The notes under the pieces were generated by a model, which saw only the letters and a list, made by a program, of their open reading frames with translations, searched no databases and was not told where the DNA came from. A DNA stretch of 42,515 nt, taken from Candidatus Micrarchaeia archaeon. GTDB lineage: Archaea; Micrarchaeota; Micrarchaeia; Micrarchaeales; Micrarchaeaceae. The stretch covers positions 1 through 42,515 of the forward strand of contig JBMFWY010000007.1 of the NCBI GenBank assembly GCA_049964795.1, in the 5' to 3' direction. Shown piece after piece: positions 35,815-42,515 of this stretch (the stretch's first letter is position 1; each line of letters opens with the position of its first letter). Made by a program: the position numbers and the translations under genes.

Positions 35815-38517
35815 TTGTATAATAAAGGAAAAACTAGGGGAAAGGCGCAGATAACATTAGAGTTTCTGATTGCTTACTCTCTAGTCCTGCTAATCTTCCT
35901 TATAATTTTCGCTCTGATTGCCACTCAGAGGGCTTCAACTTTGGCTTCGCAGGATTACTCTTCGATGCAGCTTATCTCGCAGACTGTTTCTACTGCCATA
36001 GACACTGCCTTAGCTTCAGGCAATGGCTATTCCGCTACTATACCATTGCCTTCAGCCATAAGCACCCAGCCATACAACTTGTCGTTGTCAAGCACAGGTG
36101 TAGTTATAGCAGGCATGCAGATAGGCAAAGAAACAGTAAGCGCCCAGGCATTTAGCAACGCCAGGAATCTAGTTATAAACGGTACTGTGATTGCAACAGG
36201 CAACGGCGTCACGCTCTATTCTCTACCAGCATACAAAGGCACAATTTATATTGCAAACTCCAAGGGCACAATATACATAGATGAGCAGCCTGTTTCTACG
36301 CTTGCTCTTGCAGGCACTCTCCAAGCCAACGCTACCTTCATAGGAAAGGCAGCAGAATTCAGCGGCAACAATAGCTACATAGTTGCTGCCTCAACAGTCA
36401 ATACAGTATCCTCTGGCACATTTTCGGCATGGGTTTATTCGAACGGTTGGGTCGGTAACTCTAGGATAATAGGTAGCGTAAACAACGTTCCTGCTGAGCT
36501 GCTCACAAACAGCCCGGGAGTTTTGGCCGGCTATGTGGAGCAAGGGGGTGTAGCAACGGTCGTAAGCTCCGGGTATACGATTCCTGCAGAAAAATGGGTG
36601 CTTGTGACTATGACCTTCGGCCCTTCCGGAATAGCTTTTTATGTCAACGGTCAAAGCGTATATACTTCTTCAACTCCAACTTCAGGCGCAACTTCAACGC
36701 CTTTACTCGGATGGGATAGCGCAAGTGGAACCGATTTTTGGGATGGTCTCATCGCAAACGCGCAAATATATGGCACAGCACTTTCGGCTTCGCAAGTTCA
36801 GCAACTTTACCAAGAAGGCATAGGCGGCGCACCCGTCGCAAGTGCAAGCCTGCTTGGCTGGTGGCCTCTCAACGGCAACGCGAACGACTACTCAGGCAAT
36901 GGAAACAACGGAGCGCCTTACAAAATAAATTATATCGGCGTTGCCCAGATAACTGCGCAAGTCAAAAATGAAAACGGCGCCAGCGCCTCAGGAGACCTTG
37001 TGGGATTTACCTCTACCTATGGCAATTTTAGCGGTTCCGGAAAAGGCAACTTTGCAACCTATTCAAATTCGAGCGGAGTCGCTACCGCAATCCTAGACGC
37101 TAACACTTCAAGCCCCTCGCTAGCAAACGTCACTATTACCGCTTTCAATGGCAATTACTCAAGCGAGGCAAACATCGTAGGCTGGTGGCCTTTGAATATA
37201 GGTGCAGGAAGCACTGCATATGACCTGAGTGCAAATTATAACAATGGTGATTTTTCTAACTATGCATGGTCGTCAATGGAAAATTCCACCAATTTCGCAG
37301 TAGCAGAATTTCCTGGAGACCTCGCGGGGGTTACAGGCAACAACATAGAAGACGGGTTTGTCACTATAAACAATACAGACATATACAGCATACCCGCAAA
37401 CCGCACTTTTAGCATAGTGGCATGGATCTATTACAAGGGTGCAACTGCCAACCATTGCCAAGGCATATTTGGTGATTGGCCAGGTCCCGGACCAGGCTTC
37501 CAGCTTTTAGGCTATGGGTGCGCCATCCTTTCCGTAAATGGCTCCAGCATAAGCTGGCCTGCAGGCACGCCTTCCTTTCCAAAAGGTACTTGGGAAATGG
37601 TAACTGCAGAGTACACAGCCAGGACAGGCATGGCATCAGTTTATCTAAATGACTCTCTTTTTGCAATGCAACAGCTTCCTGTTTCCCTTTCGCTCGCGCA
37701 AAAGCTACCTTACTATATAGGAGATGACGCGTGGCAAGGCTCTGGCTATGATACCTTCAACGGCAGCATCGCAAATGTCCAGCTATACTCCTCATTTCTT
37801 ACTCAAGCCCAGATAACTCAGCTGTACAAAGAAGGGATCAACGGCGCGCCCTTGAATAATGCAGACTTGGTCGGCTGGTGGCCTCTCAACGGCAACGCGA
37901 ACGACTACTCAGGCAATGGAAACAATGGAAAGATAAACTACAATGTTTCTTTTGTAAACCAGAGATTCGGCATGCGCAACAATTATTCAATAGCAAGCTT
38001 CAACGGGCAGAACAGCTATATACAAATTCCAATCACTTCTGCGCTTTCCACAAACAGCTTCACCTGGGTTTTATGGATGTATCCAAACACATGGCAATCA
38101 AACAATGCAGGGATTTTTGGTCAAGCAAATATTGGAACGGGTTATCCATATATGATAGAGCAGGGTTCTCCGTCTTCCCCCTTACTGCAATTCAGCAATG
38201 ACGGCGGCGGCAGTAGCAGCGCATATACTCCTCTCCTATTGAACACAATGCAGAATGTAGCAGGAGTGTACAATTATACAAGTGGCACTATCTCAATTTA
38301 TGTTAACGGCAGGCTAATTCAATCAGCCACATCAAGTCCGATTGCAAGAGGCTCTAGCCCTATCTATTTTGGCTACTTCCCTACCTCTGGTCTTTATTTT
38401 GACGGTTTTATATCTAACGCCCAAATCTATAACACTGCCCTCTCTTCATCTCAAATTCAACAGCTTTACTTGCAGGGTTTGCCCCAATACAAGAGGCTTA
38501 CAATCCCATTAGGTTGA
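35815..38517 (+). CDS. Large type IV pilin-like adhesin with three LamG domains and an invasin/intimin Big-1-like Ig domain
   Basis: KAQ-ITLEF plus hydrophobic helix; three G.I.N.Q.Y LamG ends; ITAQVKNENG...VGFTS...SNSSGVATAIL resembles Big-1; AGGTG RBS before TTG 35815. Confidence 0.85.
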   Translation: MYNKGKTRGKAQITLEFLIAYSLVLLIFLIIFALIATQRASTLASQDYSSMQLISQTVSTAIDTALASGNGYSATIPLPSAISTQPYNLSLSSTGVVIAGMQIGKETVSAQAFSNARNLVINGTVIATGNGVTLYSLPAYKGTIYIANSKGTIYIDEQPVSTLALAGTLQANATFIGKAAEFSGNNSYIVAASTVNTVSSGTFSAWVYSNGWVGNSRIIGSVNNVPAELLTNSPGVLAGYVEQGGVATVVSSGYTIPAEKWVLVTMTFGPSGIAFYVNGQSVYTSSTPTSGATSTPLLGWDSASGTDFWDGLIANAQIYGTALSASQVQQLYQEGIGGAPVASASLLGWWPLNGNANDYSGNGNNGAPYKINYIGVAQITAQVKNENGASASGDLVGFTSTYGNFSGSGKGNFATYSNSSGVATAILDANTSSPSLANVTITAFNGNYSSEANIVGWWPLNIGAGSTAYDLSANYNNGDFSNYAWSSMENSTNFAVAEFPGDLAGVTGNNIEDGFVTINNTDIYSIPANRTFSIVAWIYYKGATANHCQGIFGDWPGPGPGFQLLGYGCAILSVNGSSISWPAGTPSFPKGTWEMVTAEYTARTGMASVYLNDSLFAMQQLPVSLSLAQKLPYYIGDDAWQGSGYDTFNGSIANVQLYSSFLTQAQITQLYKEGINGAPLNNADLVGWWPLNGNANDYSGNGNNGKINYNVSFVNQRFGMRNNYSIASFNGQNSYIQIPITSALSTNSFTWVLWMYPNTWQSNNAGIFGQANIGTGYPYMIEQGSPSSPLLQFSNDGGGSSSAYTPLLLNTMQNVAGVYNYTSGTISIYVNGRLIQSATSSPIARGSSPIYFGYFPTSGLYFDGFISNAQIYNTALSSSQIQQLYLQGLPQYKRLTIPLG
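36856..36908 (+). repeat. 53-bp exact direct repeat, copy 1
   Basis: GGCTGGTGGCCTCTCAACGGCAACGCGAACGACTACTCAGGCAATGGAAACAA. Confidence 0.95.
37873..37925 (+). repeat. 53-bp exact direct repeat, copy 2
   Basis: Identical to 36856-36908, 1017 bp downstream, same reading frame. Confidence 0.95.
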
Positions 38518-38521
38518 AATC

Positions 38522-39064
38522 ATGCAATATCTAAAAGCGCAGTTTTGGAGCTTTGACCTCATCTTTTCAATCATAATATTCAGCGTGGCGCTGACTATAC
38601 TTACCTTTACGTGGTTCGGAGTCAATTCGCAGCTTTCGCTTGCATACGGTAACGGAGCAACGCTTATGCAGCTGCAAGCTTCTACTTTTGCACAAACCTT
38701 GATGTCACCTGGCGCTCCATCAGATTGGGCAGGTCTTGTAAACACAACCAATCCAAGCACTTGGGGCCCAGTGAGTATAGGTCTTGCTTCAAGGCCTGGC
38801 AGCACAACGCTTTCTTTGCAGAAAATATACGCATTCATGTCAATGGCAAATGCAAATTACCAAGCTACTAAGCCCTATCTCGGCATAGCTTACGAATACT
38901 ATGTTGTGATAAAAGGGCCTGCGTTCAACATAACAATAGGAAGCAGCCCATCGCAGGGAAAAGCTCTTACTACTTACGTAGTCAAAAAGAGTGTAGTAGT
39001 GGACGGCTCGCCAGCGGTAATGGATGTAATAGTATGGACCAACAAGCCTCTTGCAGTGGTGTAG
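38522..39064 (+). CDS. Type IV pilin-like protein (class III signal peptide)
   Basis: LKAQ-FWSFDL plus hydrophobic helix; tightly coupled in the operon. Confidence 0.8.
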   Translation: MQYLKAQFWSFDLIFSIIIFSVALTILTFTWFGVNSQLSLAYGNGATLMQLQASTFAQTLMSPGAPSDWAGLVNTTNPSTWGPVSIGLASRPGSTTLSLQKIYAFMSMANANYQATKPYLGIAYEYYVVIKGPAFNITIGSSPSQGKALTTYVVKKSVVVDGSPAVMDVIVWTNKPLAVV

Positions 39065-39065
39065 A

Positions 39066-41246
39066 ATGAAAAGCATGAAAGGGTTTATCTTTACGCTTGA
39101 CGCGGTGTTTGCTCTTATAGTAGCAAGCGTTGGCGTTTCAATACTTCTTTACATGCATTTTACCTCTCCCAATCTTTCGCAGCCCCAGACCACAGAAGCA
39201 TTCAGCATATTGCAAAACCTTCTAAACACAAAAATCGGGCAGCTTACAGGCTCGCAATATGCAGTTTACGCTTCGAAGACAGGCAGCTCCAATTTCGCAT
39301 GGCCTGCCTTTGGAGGCAATTCATCACTTTCTTCAGGCAAGCCATACGGCCCGCAGGCCCTGGATCTTTTGTACAATTTTACCGCTTCCAGCAATATAGT
39401 ACCGATTATCGCTGCAGGCAGTGGCGTGGTCGCATTTGGAGCAGGTTCTGAGCTGTACGCATTGAACGCAACCACTGGCTCTTTAGTTTCTGGATTTCCT
39501 GTATCTATTGGTGGCACTTTCCTCGGCTCGCCAGTAATATACAAAGGCACAATAATATACGCCAATTCAAGCGGATATCTGACCGCTGTCAGCGCTTCTA
39601 CCGGCGCGAGGCTGTGGAGCAGCAACATCGCCATTTCTGTAGATACGCCTATCGCGCTTGATGACAATTATCTCGCCTTTGGAAGCGGCTATGACCTTTA
39701 TCTTGCTTATCCTGAAAACGGCTCTATCGCGGCAAGCGCCGCACTTCCAAACGAAGCCCAAGCACCCGCATACGCAAACGGCGAATTTGTTGCAACTACT
39801 TCTTCTTCAGGAACTCAAAACTATTTGGTTTCTTATGCTCTCAGCGGCAACGTGCTAACAAGGAATTGGATGGTTGCCCTTTCTACTTCACCTGTAACTA
39901 CCCCCTCGATATATGACAGCTTTATTTTTGTAGGTAGTGGAAGCAATCTTGAAGGATATACTCTTGGAGGCGTGCAAAAATACAATGTTGCATTGGATTC
40001 GCAAATCTTTGGAGGGATTGCAGGATCAAGCGGCGACGTATTTGCCGAAACTTCAGACAAGCTGTACAGCTTCAACCTCTCTACCGCCACTGCAAGCTAT
40101 GCATCTTTGCAGCCTGATTCAGAAAATGCTACTCCTTCTGCAAGCAGCGAATATGTGTATGTAATGCCGAGCGGCAGCGAGTTTGACGCGTATTCGCTGT
40201 CAAGCGGCGCAAGGATATGGAACTTTACCTTTCCCTCTTCGGCTTACAACAAATACGCCAGCATAACCCTTGCCTACGGCAATGCTTACGTAGCGGCAGG
40301 AAGCAATCTTTATGCTTTTGGCACATGCCGCGCTCCATCGAACCAGAGCGTTGCAGGCGCTCTTGCAGAATTTTATCTTAATAATGAAGGGGGCTGTGCA
40401 GGTGAGATTCTCAGAAGCATATCACCCTCGCAAAACACCGGAATATTCATAAACGGCTCTTTTGCTCCTTCTTTGCAAACTGCCACTTTCAATGGCACAT
40501 GGTCAAGCGGTCCATACAATTCAAACAGCTTCATACGCACGTCTTTGCCCATAGGAGGAAAGAACTATAACTTTACAATAACAATGTGGATTAGGCCTAG
40601 CAGTGTTCAGAATCTCAGCCATTCGTGGACGACAGCGGTATTCTCTTTTTCAGGTTATCAAGGCTTTGGGATACAGAACAGCTGCCTTCCAGGCACGTGC
40701 TTAGTGCTTCACAGGTGCAGCCCTGCAGATACTTCGAGCGGCACACTTCTGCCCTATTCGATTTTCAACAATAACTGGTATTTTATAGCGGTGGCAGTAA
40801 AATACCCTGATTACTACTGGCAGATAGACAACATAAGCACAAAAGACGTAAACACAAACAACTACACAGGCAATCCTCCAGCTACAATAGGAACGCAATT
40901 CGCGCAATGCGACAGCAACGCTTTCAACGGGAGCATCGCAAACGTACAAGTATATAACAAGACGCTCTCTCCATCGCAAATAAGCCAAATATATCAGCAG
41001 GGCCTGTATGGCTTGCCGCTAAATATAAAAGGCCTTCTTGCATGGTATCCTCTTGATGGCAACGCGAACGACTACAGCGGAAACAATGAAGCAGGCATAC
41101 CTCATGGCATAAGCTATGAAAATTCCGGCTATCTTCCGGGAAGCCTTGCCGGTGCGTATCAGGTCAGCAAGGGGAGCGTCCCGCTAAGCATCAGCGTGAA
41201 CGGCGTAAGCAAGCCTTATAATATAAGCGCGGTAGTATGGAGATGA
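39066..41246 (+). CDS. Type IV pilin-like adhesin with PQQ-like beta-propeller and LamG domain
   Basis: MKG-FIFTLDA leader; repeats LYALNATTG, AVSASTGARLW, SSGARIW; C-terminal LamG. Confidence 0.85.
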   Translation: MKSMKGFIFTLDAVFALIVASVGVSILLYMHFTSPNLSQPQTTEAFSILQNLLNTKIGQLTGSQYAVYASKTGSSNFAWPAFGGNSSLSSGKPYGPQALDLLYNFTASSNIVPIIAAGSGVVAFGAGSELYALNATTGSLVSGFPVSIGGTFLGSPVIYKGTIIYANSSGYLTAVSASTGARLWSSNIAISVDTPIALDDNYLAFGSGYDLYLAYPENGSIAASAALPNEAQAPAYANGEFVATTSSSGTQNYLVSYALSGNVLTRNWMVALSTSPVTTPSIYDSFIFVGSGSNLEGYTLGGVQKYNVALDSQIFGGIAGSSGDVFAETSDKLYSFNLSTATASYASLQPDSENATPSASSEYVYVMPSGSEFDAYSLSSGARIWNFTFPSSAYNKYASITLAYGNAYVAAGSNLYAFGTCRAPSNQSVAGALAEFYLNNEGGCAGEILRSISPSQNTGIFINGSFAPSLQTATFNGTWSSGPYNSNSFIRTSLPIGGKNYNFTITMWIRPSSVQNLSHSWTTAVFSFSGYQGFGIQNSCLPGTCLVLHRCSPADTSSGTLLPYSIFNNNWYFIAVAVKYPDYYWQIDNISTKDVNTNNYTGNPPATIGTQFAQCDSNAFNGSIANVQVYNKTLSPSQISQIYQQGLYGLPLNIKGLLAWYPLDGNANDYSGNNEAGIPHGISYENSGYLPGSLAGAYQVSKGSVPLSISVNGVSKPYNISAVVWR

Positions 41247-42515
41247 AAACAAAAACCATAAAGGAAAAGATGCCAAGAAGGAAAGGCATACTCTTCACGC
41301 TAGTCACGATAATCCTATTTCTACTTATGCTGAGCGAGCTCATAATATATGTTGTAATAAACATAAATTACAACAGTGTAAGCACATCCGCTTCGGTAAT
41401 ACTCAACTCGGGAGCGTTTGCTCAAACAATTTCAACAAGCTTGTCCGCATTTTTGCATGACAGCCTAAGCAGGTCCTTAAGCACTCTCACAATATATGAG
41501 TCAACTCCCTCACTAAGGCATGACTATTTTGTGAACAACACAGCATCCGCTTTAGCTTCGCTTATCAATAATGGCACGCTCTTCGGCAATGCTGTTACGG
41601 AAAGCTACATGGGCGCCTCAAATTTGTCCTATTTCGTAAATTCAATAACAGCACAAGCGCTGCAGCAGAATCTGCAGCTCAGCATAACCAACGGCACGCT
41701 CAGCATATACCAAAGCTCTCCATTTTCCATAAATGCAAGCTATACTGCTCTTGCAGTAATAAATTCATCCCAAGGCACATTCACATATCCTCTAAACGCA
41801 AAGGCAAGCGTGTCATTGAACGGCACAACCGACTTGCTGAGCGCGGAGGAGGCCAATCCAACGCGGATAAGCGCCTCTTTCGATTATCCTAGCACTACTG
41901 TGGTTGGAGGCGTAACAGCAAATGAAGGCAGCACTTCGCCTTTCATGTTTGATTATGGCACGATCCTTCTTGAGCCTCAGGGCGTAACGTGCACTTCGGT
42001 GCCTTTGCAGTACAGGAATCTTAACTATATACTTGCAACTTCAAACGCGATGGGAATAAACCAAAGCGTCTGCAACATGGGCGGCCTTGTGACATATACG
42101 CCCAACTCTACTACACCACTCAAGCCGTATCTTGTATACTCTTCGCAATCAAACATATTCAATTACCTGCAGAACGGCACAAAGCTTCTCTTGAGCGGTC
42201 AGAACCTGGAACTGCTCAACATTTCTCCGCTAAAGCAGGCGTTCGAAAATAATTTCTACTTTCCCTCGCTGTCTTCTCCGTCCTACCTGCAAAGCGGCGA
42301 ATCTCAGCTTGCCACAAGCTCAAACGAAGGTATGTTCTCCATAGGCAGTGCAAGCAGAGAAGCAGCACGCTTCAACGGTCAGAGCAGCTACATATCAACC
42401 CCTCTACCAACTGAAGCAGTGGTAAACACTACTATATTCGTCTTTTTCAATACAAATTCTACAGTAGGCCAGACAATAGTTTTATTAGGGAATAATGGTG
42501 GCACAAACGGATATG
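41243..42515 (+). CDS. Type IV pilin-like surface protein, 5' part (runs off the window; absent from the ORF track)
   Basis: ATGA overlap with the previous stop; MKTKTIKEKMPRRKG-ILFTLVTIILFLLMLSEL; FNGQSSYI near the window end marks the start of another LamG domain. Confidence 0.8.
   Translation, partial: MKTKTIKEKMPRRKGILFTLVTIILFLLMLSELIIYVVININYNSVSTSASVILNSGAFAQTISTSLSAFLHDSLSRSLSTLTIYESTPSLRHDYFVNNTASALASLINNGTLFGNAVTESYMGASNLSYFVNSITAQALQQNLQLSITNGTLSIYQSSPFSINASYTALAVINSSQGTFTYPLNAKASVSLNGTTDLLSAEEANPTRISASFDYPSTTVVGGVTANEGSTSPFMFDYGTILLEPQGVTCTSVPLQYRNLNYILATSNAMGINQSVCNMGGLVTYTPNSTTPLKPYLVYSSQSNIFNYLQNGTKLLLSGQNLELLNISPLKQAFENNFYFPSLSSPSYLQSGESQLATSSNEGMFSIGSASREAARFNGQSSYISTPLPTEAVVNTTIFVFFNTNSTVGQTIVLLGNNGGTNGY

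Noticed and set aside
36856-37925. Diversity-generating retroelement TR/VR pair
   Set aside because: All copies are inside coding sequence, differences among copies are not confined to adenines of one template, and there is no reverse transcriptase in the window
410-40988. Numerous short antisense or alternate-frame ORFs in the ORF track
   Set aside because: They shadow well-supported genes, tRNAs or intergenic DNA and carry no recognisable motifs
1-42515. CRISPR array or cas genes
   Set aside because: No regularly spaced short repeats or Cas motifs seen

Overview
Archaeal chromosomal segment, most likely from a DPANN Micrarchaeota-like genome. This is inferred from archaeal histones, Spt5, Hel308, RFC-L, an intron-containing tRNA, GGTG-type ribosome-binding sites with frequent TTG/GTG starts, and pilin-like LamG proteins with the KAQSAMEYLMTYGW leader. 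Housekeeping content: a complete 2-oxoacid (pyruvate-type) dehydrogenase operon, a polyprenyl-lipid cluster (uppS-DUF2070-dolichol-kinase-like, with a GPT/AglH nearby), DNA repair and replication genes, three tRNAs and an unannotated 227-nt RNase P RNA. Accessory content: a small AT-rich islet at tRNA-Arg(CCG) with a CheD/CNF1-like deamidase and an IS200 relic, a truncated TrpRS, and an operon of type IV pilin-like LamG adhesins. Most notable observations: (1) the 43-nt tRNA-Met intron looks like a minimal single-guide box C/D RNA aimed exactly at C34 of its own spliced tRNA; (2) the E3 subunit carries an NADP(H)-type fingerprint; (3) LamG adhesin genes share near-identical 53-bp DNA boxes that could support in-frame module shuffling; (4) an acidic histone variant has a basic C-terminal tail; (5) the RNase P RNA is minimal and type-M-like. 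All calls come from reading the sequence by eye; no database searches were run.
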